NCBI GenBank assembly: GCA_964057225.1
Contig: OZ059900.1
Location: 10,106,001-10,170,000, forward strand
Source: Auanema rhodensis
Taxonomy: Eukaryota; Animalia; Nematoda
DNA length: 64,000 nt
Reading direction: 5' to 3'
The notes under the pieces are model-generated. The model ran no database searches, was not told where the DNA came from, and worked only from the letters and a program-made list of their open reading frames with translations. Positions 23,201 through 37,547 of the stretch are shown in pieces; the first letter of the stretch is position 1, and each line of letters begins with the position of its first letter. Both the position numbers and the translations under genes were made by a program.

Positions 23201-26200
23201 ACTCCTCATCAAGTTCAATGAGAAAGGTGACTATACACACATGAGAGATTGGAAAAAGAAACGAGGCACAAGGATACATACATAGTAGTGAAGAGATGCT
23301 GATAGCAGCAATGACAAGGCATAAGACAAGATGGAACCTTGTCAGTCAGTCATACAAGGCGTGATGTAACCAACGTCAAGTTGTCACTAGCCAATCAACT
23401 AGACCGCTATGCGCCAAGGTTAACCGCCAGAATATGGTTTTCTGATGATAACAGCCTTTTGTATTTTCAAAAAAATAGACAAAAGTAAAGAGTTCTCGAT
23501 TGATAAAAATGTATTTTAGACATTGCAAAATATTTTACTGTACCTGTATCCTGGCTTCTGGTAAACCAATCTTCTGTGCTAGTCGTTCACGTGCGAATAC
23601 GTCGGGATAATGGGTTCGTTCAAATTCTGTAAATACATGTAATTGTATTTCTTTTACATTATAACATAGTAAATGTGATAATTTGGAGAATAAATAATTA
23701 ATAAATACATGAAACATACCTTTTTCAAGGGCTTCTATCTGTTCTTGGCTAAATGAGGTTCGATTTCGTTGGAGTTTTCGTTTCAATCGCATTCGAGCTG
23801 CTACATCTTCATCAGAATCAGTTGATGGTTTCACATCCTCATCAAGAATAATGCAGGATTGTTCTGTAATAATTAATATACATATATCATACAATTTTAA
23901 AATAAATCATAAAAAAATATATTTTTTGACTTCATTTTGGCTGTTTCAATTAAATTTTTGAAAGAAAAAATAGTACAATTCGTTTAATGAGATAAAACTT
24001 GAAATATTTTATAATATTTTTGGATAAGTTGAAAGAATTTATTATTATAAGATTATGAAAATATTGTTTGAGAAATATCCTACTTCGTCTGATTGTTGGA
24101 GCTTTAATAGCCAGAGGTTGAGTGGATAGCATTTTAATAAGAATAAGCTAATATATATTTATAAAATACAAATATTTAGATATTTATATTTTAATATATA
24201 AATGTATATGTATATAAATATCTCTAATGAATCTGTGTCAAAGATTATTGCAGATTTGTATCAAACATATACACACGTAATTACACGTCAAAGTATCAAA
24301 TAATGATTAATTCTAGTAAAATTGAATAATAAAAGTACAAAGATATACTAGCGATACTATGTATATATCTGTAAGCTGTGTGCCGTATCCTGCGATATGG
24401 AATAAACAGAAGTAGCAGTAGGATGATGCCTAGTACAGACTATCAATCAAAAGTAATAAAATACTTCGAATCGCTTCTTGTGTAGGCAAGAAACAACGAC
24501 ACGGAATACAAGAGGTGGTGTGTGAGAGAGAGAAAGAGAAAGAGAGAGAGAGGGTGGGCAAAGGACTGGTAGCAGTGATGGCGGTGGTTGTGTCTTGGAG
24601 TCTCTCTTTCTGTCTCTCGTTCGTTTGTTCTCCTTTTTCTGGTTGTAAGTCTATCGTTTTTTGTGTCTTCTATGGCTGTTTGACTGTCGAGGCAGAAAAC
24701 AGAAAACGATTTGTAGGAGGGAATACGATGGACTGTTCAAACTGACGAGAACGATAAGAGGCAGTAGTAGCTAGGATGAAACAGTTGTCGACCTTTTTCT
24801 CGTTGTTGCTGAAGTTGTGGGCCGAGATTGCAATGATGTACGTCAAATACAGTCGACCAGTGTGAATGTTGCGAGAGGGAGCACGCAATGCCAAGCAAGA
24901 TAGAGGCCGAACTCTCTTTCTCTCTATATTTCTCAATGCGAGACGAGAAAATCAGCGAAAGATGAAGAGTGAGAGGAAAGATTGTTGGCGTTGATTATTA
25001 AATATTGTACGCAAACGAGATACGCTAACTCAGTCACGTAGATAATGCGTGAATATGATGTATAGATAGACAGAGTGATCTTGGAACGGAAGGAAGTAGG
25101 TAATTAGCCGGTTTTCACCTCCGTAAGCTTGATGAGCAACGACAGCAGATAAGCTAAGCGTGCGACAGCTAGCAGTAATCAACGTAATATAATTAACGTG
25201 TAAATTATAATATTATCGCGTTAATTTCGTTATTGTTGTTAATATTTCGGGAAAATAAGCAGACACAATTACTGCTGTAATGAAAGGCGAATAGATAGAG
25301 CTGAGTTGAGAAGTTCAGCCAGTTACTGTGGATCTGAATGGTCACTAGCAAACTGCTGACGATGGGCCGTTCGTCAAGAATCTGGGGCGGGACATATATG
25401 CGTATGTAGTGAAGGTGGTCTTCCTAGAGGAGATAGCTATAACATAGTATAGAAAAATTGGAGAACGCTGAGAAAAATAGAATAGAGTGGAAGAGGAGTG
25501 AGAGAGAAGAAAGAGAAAAAGAACTAAGATATAGTCAGCCAGTATGAGAGTAAAAAAATTCGTTTTGAATACTATTTCTTGTCGTATGCGCTTATTTCTA
25601 TCAACTGTTTAGAGAATTATTTTGCTTTTTTTTGTCGATTTAATCAACAAACCGTCATTTACAACTGTATACTGATATCAGTAAAAACCGACAAAAAAAC
25701 GACTACAACGTGAAAGGTTGCTTGACGGAAAAGAGACAGGGTACATGACAATCTTGCAGTCCATTCAACAAGCAATGCTGCAACGGGTGGGGACTGACTT
25801 TCGAACTCATCATTGGCGTAGACAAGCGTGAATAGTTTTTTATTCATGTCAAGCATCATCAGCTCTTAATTCAATTTCATACAATGTGACAGGCCTCTCG
25901 CTTTCCTGCGATTAGAGTACCATTAACGAACATATCATCATAATGAAAATAAACTTAATGTCCGCAAATTAGATAGATCAACATGAGCGTAAACCCGAGA
26001 AAAAGAAACAATTAGCCTAATGTATGATAGATATATGACACATTTGTGCTGGCAAATTGCATTAAATCATTAATGTTCAGCATTATACAACTATTTGTTG
26101 CCTCTGCTTGGGCTGTATAGATTTTTTTGGTTAGTTTCATTGATTGTTCAAACAGTCTATTCCCTTTGCCCACACTTTGTTATTTTGCCTCCTTTTTCGA

Positions 26201-29200
26201 AATATTTTCGCGTTTCATCTTTCAGTTTCCCATCTTTCATCAGCAAGCAGTCTTCAACGAAGCGCATTCCTGGTCCCCAACATAGCGTGAATGATAATGC
26301 TGTTACCGTAACCCGCCATCAACTCGATTTGAAGTGATGACGAAATATTGAGATTGTTAAGAGAGTGTAAAGAAGATTTAGATAGTCGAACTGAACGAAA
26401 AGAAGAATAAGACGAAGAAGAATAGTAGAAATGCAAAGAAGATGGAAAGATGACAAAGGCGAAAGGTAGGCAACTTCGCCAGTTTCTCACTATTTCTCAT
26501 GTTCTACAGCTTGAGTTTTCGTTTGGATTCATCAAGTTTTTGTCTTTCTCTCATCTATTTCTCCTCTTATTTCCCTCTCTCTCTTTCTCTCTCTGATGAA
26601 CTGTTCACTTGTCTCTATATTCAACATAATCTTTACGACCTGTTACCTCGCTTGATTCTTCGTTAGCAACAGAAATGAAGAAATAAGAAGGCAATGAAGA
26701 AGAAAAAGAAGAAATTCTTAAGCCAGGTGTGCCTACAGTAAGTCTTTCCTGCCCAAATAAAACAATACTTGACTTCAGTCCGAATAGATTTACAATAATT
26801 TATAGCCAGGCATATGCAGAGCAATTACATTTTTTTCCATTTTACGAAGCATTTCAACAAATTTCGGTTAGAAGTAATCCCCCCTCCATGAATATTTGAG
26901 TGTGTTTGCTAAAGATAGTTTAATGATCTTGTAAAAGTTCATAAGAAATAATGATTAATGAGCCAATTTGCAATAGTAATTTGTCAGAAATATTTGAAAA
27001 ATCTATTGACAAGTATTGCAGTTATAGTTGTTCACCACACAAGAACAGGAAATTGCTACGCGATAGGGTACGGTGGACAAGAACGAGCCAATAAGAGACG
27101 AACAGCATAACGCCCATAATCATTGTTTTTGCAGAAAAGAATAGAAATATTTGTTAAAATGATTAAAAAAATATAATATTTGGAAGTAAATTGAGGGGGT
27201 TTACTTGTAATTTGAAAATATTTAATCCAGAATCGTTATTTTTAAAATATTATTAAAGCAGATTGAATTAGAATGGTTTGACTTGCTTGATATGAAAAGC
27301 CTAATTGATGTTACTTAATGAAGTTTCCTCACCTATTGCTATTAAACGACACTGATCCAATAAATTAATTAACGACCACACATAGTGCGAGGAAATTGCA
27401 AAATCAAATTAGTTAATTTCATTTTCTTGATTTTGACTCATTCTGTCGTAATCGGATCTTCCATGAATAAACATATTATCACAAAATCAGTATAGAGAGC
27501 TGAGCAATGATGTTATAATAGCTTTCAAAATTATTTAAAATGTAAGAAGGAAAAGGAAAAAAGAATTTGAAAGCCGTATGTGATCGGAAGGATGAAAGAA
27601 TAGATGAAAAAGGCTGCAGATTAGCATTGAACATGTCATTTTCAATTAATACAGCAAATACGTAAACGACTATTGAATGAGTTAGCTGGCTGACTACTTG
27701 GCTGACTATATGACGATTGAGGAGGTGAAACAAACATAAAAAATAGAAGTATCGAATGGATTGATCTTATATCGCGATGAGTACGTGGAGAAGAGACGAT
27801 TTTATGAGTATGAGGATATGAAGAGAGGTACGAGGAAATGGCTGAAGAAGATGATGTTGATGATTATGTGAACGACGTACCTCATCATCATCATCGTTAT
27901 CCGATGTCATTATTGTCATGATGATGATGATGATGGTGATGATGATCATCATTGTCGGCCCTGTTAACGAAGAACATATTTTCATCGTCAATACAGCCAT
28001 TTAACCTGCCCCGGCGTCTGGTATAAATGTCACATTCTATTATTTACATTACCCATATCTCCATACTCAATCATGGCATTAAATCGAAGGATAGGATAGG
28101 TTCATTGTGAGTCTGCCTTCAGTCTCATTCATACTTGCGCTCATTATATATGAAGTATAACTATGCATATAGCTAATATTATTATATTTCATATTCTATT
28201 AAGTCTATATTTTATTTTATTTTATGTTAATCCTGAATATTTTATGCTTTTTTCACAAAATTTGAAGTCGTTTTCAATGAAAATATCATTGTTTATAATT
28301 TAATCTAATATAATTTTTTTCCAATATTGATTATATATTAGTTTATAATTTAAATAATTTCAAATAAAACATAACTAACCCATCGATTTTTTCGGCTCAA
28401 TTTCGGCGGGAGGTAGTGAAGTAAATTGTGTTAACCCAACTGTCGGTACCGACATTTGCCATGGATTATATCCCCACGTTGTGTATCTGTAAGACATTCT
28501 ATAATTAAGAAAATTATTCATAAATGAATAATAGTAATAGTTTGCATAAGTTTGTATAAGAGTAGATAGCTTAATGGCAAAATACTAGACATATGTATAT
28601 TAAAAGATAATAAGTGATTGAGCTAAAATATCAAAATATACTAGAGAAAACGATGATATTGCTTTATGCTATGCGCTCATTTCTATTAATTTCGATAATT
28701 ATTATAATTATAATATGAACATATAATTATATTATATACATATTATCATAAAATAGAATAGAATATAAACATAGAAATGAATTTATCAGCTACAATGAGG
28801 ACTGAAAAGGAAGGTCGTCCACGTATTAAGACAATCTATGAATCAGTCAAGCGAAAATCACCGTATAAATCTATGCTATTTATCAGAAACGTATAGTTGG
28901 GGAAATATATTTTGTATTTTTTCGACGATAAAAGATAAAATGTATAAGAAGTTATCATTGAATATTATTTATTTTGCATCCAAATTAGTTGAGGAGGGGG
29001 GGGTTATAATTAGTTAGAAATTTGTAATACTGTACTGTATATATTTCAAATGATTTTCTTAGAAAAAAAGTACAGAAAATAGATTGAAATCAATTATTTT
29101 GATATAAATTAATTTGATCACATTATATGAATAAATGTGAACAAATTATCATGATCATGTTTGTTTATTGAAGTAATTTAAAACAAACTTACAGTTGATT

Positions 29201-29493
29201 CTGATCCACCAAGCGAAATCTATCGTAGAAATCGCTGTGCAGCTGCTGTTGCTCTTTTTTGGACGCCAGATTTCTAAGAACACGGTTTATTGATGAAACC
29301 TGTAAAGACATATGAATGGAATTGAGTATATTTCACATATCATTCTGAATAAGTTGACGAATATTTAAATGATCTGATTGCTAAATAGCTGTAAAATAGT
29401 TGATAACAACAGCTGTCATGAGCATCATCGTAATTATTGTAAATAAGAGAGATAGTTGTACTAATTAATGCATTTAAAAACTCTATCTATATG

Positions 29494-29535
<42 letters not shown>

Positions 29536-32500
29536 TTTTTTTTATAATTAATATGTATTTGGCAACAGTTTTGAAGATGTGAATTGAGAATAAATGTGTT
29601 GCAAAGTAGTTGGAGAGACTGGTAAAGGAGAAAGGGGACGAGGGCAACAGGGAAAAAAAAGGTGAGGGGGAAAGTCTTTTTCGAATAGTCAATAAGATTT
29701 TTATCAACGTCCGAGTGCGATGATGTAAAGTTGTTGGGGACGTTAAACATGAAATGCTCTAACAACAGGTTCTTAAAACCAATGTGTTACGGTAGGACGT
29801 GGTGCTATGAAAACACCTGTTCTTGAAGACAGTTGAAAATGAAGAACAGGAGAAATAGAAAAAAGATAGAAATGCAAAACGGAGAGTATTGCCCCTTGTA
29901 TGTGTATATGGTGGTGAAGGGGGGGGGAGAGCGAGAAAGAGAGTGGTGGTGGTGGGAGGGGGACAGAAGAGTGGGTAGTGTAGCGGGATGGATAGAAGAC
30001 GTTGAATTTCAAATACATATCGAGTCTGGACATGTTCGAGAAAAAGGAAAACGTTGTTCCATTTTTATTCTCCGTTAAGACTACTGTCGACGAGAAATTT
30101 CATCTCCCCCCCTACCCCACCATCCCAAAGCATCAATTCAAGTATAGGGTTATATTAAAGAGAATGGTTGGTCAATTAGAAAATGGGGGGGGGGGGGTTT
30201 CTTATATAGATTTGAATAAATTTATTTATTTGACAATAATTTCTTTTTTTCTTATTTTTAAACTTTTCCTTTAATTAACTTACACTTGGAATACTATCTG
30301 CTGTGCAAATATTATCGCTCAGCAACTTATCACGAATTTCCCAAGCGAATATACTCGGCTGCTCCCGCTTATATTCTTCAATCTTCAAGACAACGTTCTG
30401 TGTTGCAACTCTGGAAAAAAATACTTTCAAATTAATGAATATTTATAGCATAATTTATAACAAAATATATATAGATAAGATAATTATATCATTAACCATG
30501 TGTATGTGCCTAATTTGATTAAATTTTGATAAATTAGATGAATCATTTTCATCCAAATATATTAAGATGTTTTAATATTTAAATAAACAATTTAAAATTT
30601 GTTCACACGCATCTGATAACAATTTGATTAGTGCTTTATCACATTACAGATTAACTACATTTATATACGAAATCAAATTAAATGAATCAAACTAATGAGA
30701 AACGATTGGCAAACGATAAAAGCTGAAATGTGATGCTGCGGATTATGATATTGCTGTGCTTATGCTGCGCTCATACGTTATTGCAGGATGTTACTTCTTT
30801 CATAACATAGTGAGTGCTTGCTGATTGAATGAGCAGTGAGCGATGAATTAGCTAGATAGATGGAGAGAGAGAGAGAGATTAACGAAAAAATGCCGAGATA
30901 AATAAATAAAAGGTTAGCCGAACTGCTGTGATCATGAATGAATATGGAGATGCGGAGTTAATTTAGCAAATACTACTGATTTAGACAAGATATCAGCCTA
31001 AAACCATGATATGTTAATGAGGTTTCAGGATGTTAATCATGTAACAGATTATCGGCATATGCTCAAGAAGTCGTTCCTCCCCCATTTATGAAGGAAATCA
31101 AAAGGCGAGACTAGATAGTTAGAGCTTTTCAGGATATTATTTAGTTGTGTTAGCTACTTCAAACGGATGAATGCATTAGTATATGTTCCGGTCGAGTCAG
31201 GTGCCGTTGATGTTGGCAAGGATTAAATAATAATTGTATAAATCTCTGGGCTGAGTAGAAAAATAGAGAAAAGTTTATAATTTTCAATAAATATGGATAT
31301 GCTTAAAGCTTAAACTATTCAATTGAATTATGCTATAGCTGATTTAGACATTTATAATTTATATCCTATTAGGTGATGTATAGGAAATAAAATTTTCAAA
31401 AATAAATTCAATAAATCTCATTAAGAGCTTGTGAATTTTTGCGGAGAGGTGATACTGATGCTTATACTCACTTTCGCTCCAATTTACTTCATAAGTAACA
31501 ACTTTCAGGAAATTAATTGAATAAAACATTTTTAAAATTTGTCTGGAAAGCTTACCTTGGCTTGGATCCTCCAATTGCTCGAGGCTTGATAGTGCCAGAT
31601 TCGTAATATCGACACAAGATCTTAGAAACACAACTGCAATTAATAATTATATCATATATACATATAATTATAATTAAATTGATGGTTACATACATGCACT
31701 ACATGTATGCATATAAGGATGTATGGGTGTGTATGTGTATGTGTGTGTGTGTGTGTATGATGATAAAAATAAAATTTGATGGCTGGCAACAACATTTGTC
31801 GTCTTTTACAGAAACCAATTAGCTGATGACAATATTAGAGTGAGAAAACGAGAGAAATTGGACAAAAGAAATGAGAAAAAGAGACAGACAGACTGTAAGA
31901 AGACAAAAAGAGAATGATAAAAAGATATAGAATATGATTCTAATTGTTAGAAGTATTAAGAAAAAAAAGAGAGAGAGAGAGAGAGAAAGAGAAAAGAGTG
32001 AAGGAGAAGAAGGCACACAGAGATGTTAGGAATGGTAATGTTTGTATGTGTGTGGAAAGCAGTGTCGTCAGGACGAGTACTCGACTACAACAACGTCTGG
32101 AACAACGATGTCGGTGAGAAACGATGAAAACGGAAAACGATAAACACAACCAGGAAAATGATGATGTTTCAAAAAGAAGAATATAACTTTGATTTAGAAG
32201 ATGATAATGACGATGATGTCGTCAACATGGACAACTGATGCTGTCGTAGATCGGCGCGTACAGCAAATCATCTTCGTCATACTCAACTGACGTGAAACTT
32301 CATGGTCGTTTTTTTTCTGTTCGTCTCAAGCAGTTTTATCCGTTTTTTTTCTTTTTTCGTTGTCCTGCTAACTCTCTGCTTTCTCACTAATTTGCGATGT
32401 ACAACTATGAGTTCAAGACACTATACGGTGAGGAGAAAAACGAAACAGTGACAGATACTTATCGAACTTACCCATTAGATACTTGAAGATAGCGACTGAT

Positions 32501-35500
32501 ATCGCATGGTCGTTGTCCGCTTTTTGCCATTGCTACTATCTGCTCGCGGGTTTGATCAGGTAACGGCCTACCATTTACAAATACGCCGCCGAGCTGATTG
32601 ACACCCGTATGTCCACCTGTATCTGGAACTTATTAATGGGTGCAAAATTTCAGTTTAAAGTACCTCCATGCTTCTCTAATTTCCTATATAATTTCAAAAT
32701 AACTATACTATTAGCTTTAAATTGATATTATTTAGTAAAAATATTCAAAACAAAAATTAAATTAGAATAAGAACCTCATTTTAGCGCCAAAAAGTTTTAA
32801 AATACTCCGAGAAAATAGGGTGTTTCTCATTATATTCAATCACAAATGAACTTTGTTGTGTACTTAAGTAAAATGATTTTAAATAATTTCTAATTCTTAG
32901 TATCATTTCCAAAGATCAGTAAATCATTTTTATAAGAAAATCATATACTATTTGTGATAGTTTGATGTTTGATTTAAAGTTTCATTATAATGATCTGTGA
33001 ACCTAAGTTTATATATTTTTACAGAATATCAAGGCATGTTTCTATATCATATTGTAGAAATATTATGAACTATTGAGCTGAATAATTAGTATTGGTTAGC
33101 TTTGATCCCCCCCCATTGGGAATAGAGCCTTTTTGACCTGATGCTTTCAAGTAAAAATGACATATATTGATACTTCATATGGATTATAAACTATATTACA
33201 ATAACTATGATGGAGTAATTATGACATCATTAACCATCTGTTATGATAATTCATTAAATTTTGTTATATGTAGGATGATATTTGTATTTTAAAAAATAGA
33301 ACAGAAGGTAGTCTTGAAAAAAAAGAAGATTTTTCTTTTCTCTTAGACAAAAATACAAAACTTGGGAAAAATATCTCAAGTTATACGCTTGAGTGTGTAG
33401 CAGATAAAGCTATTCACCTTGAATACTGAGATGGTATTCAATTAATTGTTGTTTTTTTTGTATTATTTCAAAGAACAATTGTTGTTCAATCAATTTCCTA
33501 GTTCAATGTCATATAATAAATAATTAAAGCTTTATAATCATTAAAATAAATATAGATAAACTATAATTAGATTGTGACTGTATGTGAGTTTTATTCAGAA
33601 TCAGTATTATGGCTTTGTCTTTTTTCTTTTTGTCTTTCTCTAATCCTTTTTTTTAATATATATTTTTATTCTTTCTTATTGTTTGGAGCTATGCATGTTA
33701 GAATAAATATATGTATATACTAAGAGAGATAGCTATATAATTGCCTTACGGGTCAGTGAATCTCAAGAATTCAGTAGATAACACTACCGACGGGAAACGG
33801 AAGTTATTAGGCAACACTATTCTGTGAACATGTAGAGTAGATCAGGATGTCATAGCGTATACGAATAATGAAGAGATTTAGAGATATTCTCATGAACAGA
33901 TACTGAGATATAGGCTGAAGAATACAATGAGATAGCAAGGTGAGGCTAGAGAGAAGATAGAGAGAGAGAAAAGAGATAAAGAAAGAGGGAGAGATTGCCA
34001 CTAGATGAAGATCATCATCTTCATCATCATCATCAACCTCAAAGTCATCATCATCATCATAATCTGGTTACGAGATAGGGTTTGTAGTATGTTGCGATGT
34101 GAACCTTATTAAGATCTCCAGATGTTATTGAAACAGAGATATCTTGACAGATTGACAAATCAACACATATGCACAAGTAATGTTACATAATAGTTTGTAG
34201 TTTATACTATATTTCAAAATACTTTATGCACTTAATCAATTAACTGAATGACTCGTATTGATGGATGGTAATAGATCATAACTATATCTCTTGACATACT
34301 AGACATATAGTTAAAGTTAAAGATACTTGAACTACATCTGTTTCTGAAATATAGTTTGTGTCTATGTGCATGCAATGAAACATGAGAAACAAAGACAATG
34401 CAATATCTAATACATTAGTTTGAGATTGTGCATTGAACCCTATTAACATAACTATATCCTTTATAGTTAGACGTGTGTATATATTCATTCTACCTCAGTT
34501 TTATATATAGATACTAGCATATGGATATAATACTATAATTAATAGTAAACATAATTATAATATTCTTTTCTTTTTTCTCACTTTTTTGACTTCTTATCCT
34601 ATTATTATTATTACTATGATGTCAATATAGTTTCTTTTTTCCTTTTTTCTTTGTTTATAATTAGCACTAGTTGCATGGATTTCGTCATCGTACCCCTAAT
34701 GAGAGATTAGAAAGACTGGCCCTCTGAGTTTGCGGTCCGTTCTTGCTTTAAGCCAAAAATTGACGTTGCATGACTGCCGTATTGCACCATCAGCACAATC
34801 TGTTCAAGGTACTTGAAAGCGCTAGCCGGCATAAGATGTACGCATTAGCATTTGTGATTCGTCTTGCTAACTGTCGCCATGATACCTAATGTCTAACTGT
34901 TATATATACATATGGTATACAGGGCGACATATCCTATCAAACGTCACAGTTGGAAGCCGTGTGTATGGCTTGACGCGCTATTACAATGTGGTATAGCTGT
35001 ATATATGTATAACTATATATATAGTTATAGTAGATGTGAGAGAAATTATAAGAAAAATGAAATAAAGAAATTAAAAATTATTAGATTAGAGTGGTATGAT
35101 CAAACTGATTTAATCAGTTTATTGGTGAATATCATCTTACCAACTTAGTTAAGTATTATTCAAGCATTACACTTGAAAGCTTTACTATTCTGATCAATGA
35201 GTTTTCTGATTTGTTTTTACTATTTTTTGGTCCCCCCTCCATGACTTTTTCATTAATTTCAAAGTTCAAAAGAAAAAAAAGTAAAAACATTAGAAAGATG
35301 TCGTTAGTTAATATTTCATCGTAAAATTGAGAAAACGTTGAAATTCTGCATTTCAACACAATATTGTCTGTGCCAGCCATTCTTTTACTCAGTTCATTGT
35401 GTTATTTCCATTTCTCAAGGTGTTTATAGAACAGGAGGCATACATCTATCTATATGGAATATAATAGAATCATGCATGTGTGAAATTAGGCAAAGGATAA

Positions 35501-37181
35501 CATTATGAACTAGCAATAGCTGGCTATTTATGAAAGCGATTCCATATATATATAGAGAGAGATAGCTGTAAAACAGTTAAGAGAATTGAAAAGAGAAGGC
35601 AAGAAAAACTAAAACAGTATGATACTCGATGAAGACACTGCAAACTGACGACATATTCCATACAATAAAAGTGAAATATTGAATATATCATCATGTATGA
35701 ATAGAATTTTTAAGATTTTCTAACCATGTTAATGTGATTATAGCTATAAAAACGAATGAAATACATATAGTTAAAGAGTTCTAAAGCCTATACTACCAAA
35801 TACAAATGTCATTTTTAAGCTGAATGTTAGAGAAATAAACCGTAGAGATAGTTTAGTTTACGAAAATCAATTGTTACTTTTGAACAATAGTGTCAAAAGA
35901 TTATATTTCATTTTAACTATATAGTTATAAGTTACATAATTGATTGTTAATTTAAACAGTTGTTGATTAACTGTATAATTATTTAAATTTAATTGCCTAA
36001 TCCCTTAAGTTATCCCCTTATATCCGGCTTTATTTCGTTTTTAAATTTGCTTGTCATCAATAGCAATTGTAACGGAATAGCCACTATAAGAACTTCCGGT
36101 TGCCGTTTTTCTCTACTCCATACCGATGATGATGAGAGTTCAACGATGAACAGGAAGGTCTCTCACCGGTTACATTTGTAGGTACAAACGGTTTGGCCAT
36201 GAAAGCAAAGTCATGCACACCTAGCTCTAGTGATTTTATCGTCATATAGACGAACGAATGCAGACGTACAGTGAGAAACAGTTACATCAGGCCATATCCT
36301 CTTCATAACTTTTATATACAAAGAGAAGATATATTTCATTGAATTTCGTTTTCCATTTCTCTTTATAACACATTATAAAATGTGATTTCGAATGCAGAAG
36401 GAAGTTCAAGTACGCTGTTGCATACACATACATACACAGGAACACGTATACACAGTTTGTCTAGACCACAATAATCGTTTAGATTTATGACCATTTTCAT
36501 GATTTAAGGTCAGACATTTTCACATTTTGAAACTCTATGATCGTTTGAAAGAACGCTTTTCTAATTGGCATTGGTGTTGAAAGTAACGGCTATAGTATTG
36601 GGCCAACTTCAATGTGCAACCAACTCAATTTATTCGTTCGTTTCGAATGTCATCCTTGAAAAAGATTTGAAAGAAAAAGTTCGATATTATTTTTCTTTGT
36701 TCTTTATGAATATTTAATTAGAAATAACTAAGAAATAGGTGTTTCAATGCATTTATTGTGCATTTTCTCATTTGGCGCTCAAATAAGTATGCGAGAGATA
36801 GAGAGAGTAAGAGCAATAAGATGCGAAATGTTTCGAAAAGCTTCCTGTGTTTAGGAGCTATTTCGTCTAAATTATGTTGAAGAATAATAATCGTAGGAAG
36901 TTCTAAATGTTTAGAATCAAGCCAACAATTGAATAAGATTCTTGGAATATTTTCTTCAAAATCCATGAAGTATAAATACTTTTCTGCATCAGTTTAAATG
37001 CTTTTAATTAAAATAATTCACTTTTTTGCTTTATTTTACGCAAATAAGAAAAATTAAAAACTTTGGTTTAGTTCAATTGAATTTTTCAAAAATTAGAGAA
37101 GCGATTTAATATGTTGTTATAAAAAATAAAATGCATACCTCTTCCCGAGGGTATTTTGCGCGACCCAGTAATGATAGTCAT
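20264..37181 (-). CDS. vab-3: Pax6 orthologue: paired domain, paired-type homeodomain and PST-rich tail; 11 coding exons
   Basis: In-frame exons 37181-37139 (putative first exon, [14 protein letters not shown]), 32622-32472 ([20 protein letters not shown]), 31633-31556 ([26 protein letters not shown]), 30410-30284 ([13 protein letters not shown]), 29299-29193 ([11 protein letters not shown]), 28486-28380, 23863-23720 ([12 protein letters not shown]), 23626-23544 ([16 protein letters not shown]), 22918-22662 ([15 protein letters not shown]), 22186-22087, 22011-21936 and 20424-20264 (ends HYWRS). The 11 exons from 32622 down are secure; the first exon is less so. Confidence 0.96.
29497..29530. 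repeat. (TA)n microsatellite in a vab-3 intron
   Basis: Direct reading. Confidence 0.9.
31724..31757. repeat. Imperfect (TG)n microsatellite in a vab-3 intron
   Basis: Direct reading. Confidence 0.85.
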
Positions 37182-37490
37182 ATCCAAATAATTAGTGTAA
37201 ACGACTTAATGTCGTTCAGATGATACAAAATATAATAATCTGAAAATAAAACTATAAAAATACAAAATAAACTTGGAAAACGATTGCGAATAATAGACGT
37301 AAAGCTTGAAATAGGAGACAAAATCACAAAAAATCAATGAAAACAAGCTGTTAAAGACAAAGAATGGTCAAGAAATTCGACCACACACAATGATTTACCC
37401 AAATTAAATTAAATCGCTTATCTTCTCAAACATTTTGTTAAAATTTCATTCATTTTCCACTTGACGTATATCACGTTAAGCTGTCTATAT

Positions 37491-37547
37491 GTCATGCGTG
37501 AAATCCTATGAATTGTCGCCGAAACTCGTACCGCTTAATCAAGCGTG
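37491..37547 (-). promoter_or_regulatory. Pair of Pax6 paired-domain consensus sites upstream of the putative vab-3 first exon
   Basis: Minus strand TTTCACGCATGAC (37491-37503) and CACGCTTGATT (37537-37547) match the TTCACGCWTGANT Pax6 consensus. Confidence 0.45.

Noticed and set aside
23864-28379. Alternative first exon of a paired-less mab-18-like isoform
   Set aside because: Expected from C. elegans, but I could not find a convincing ATG plus phase-1 donor; the donor-like site near 25118 lacks a start codon.
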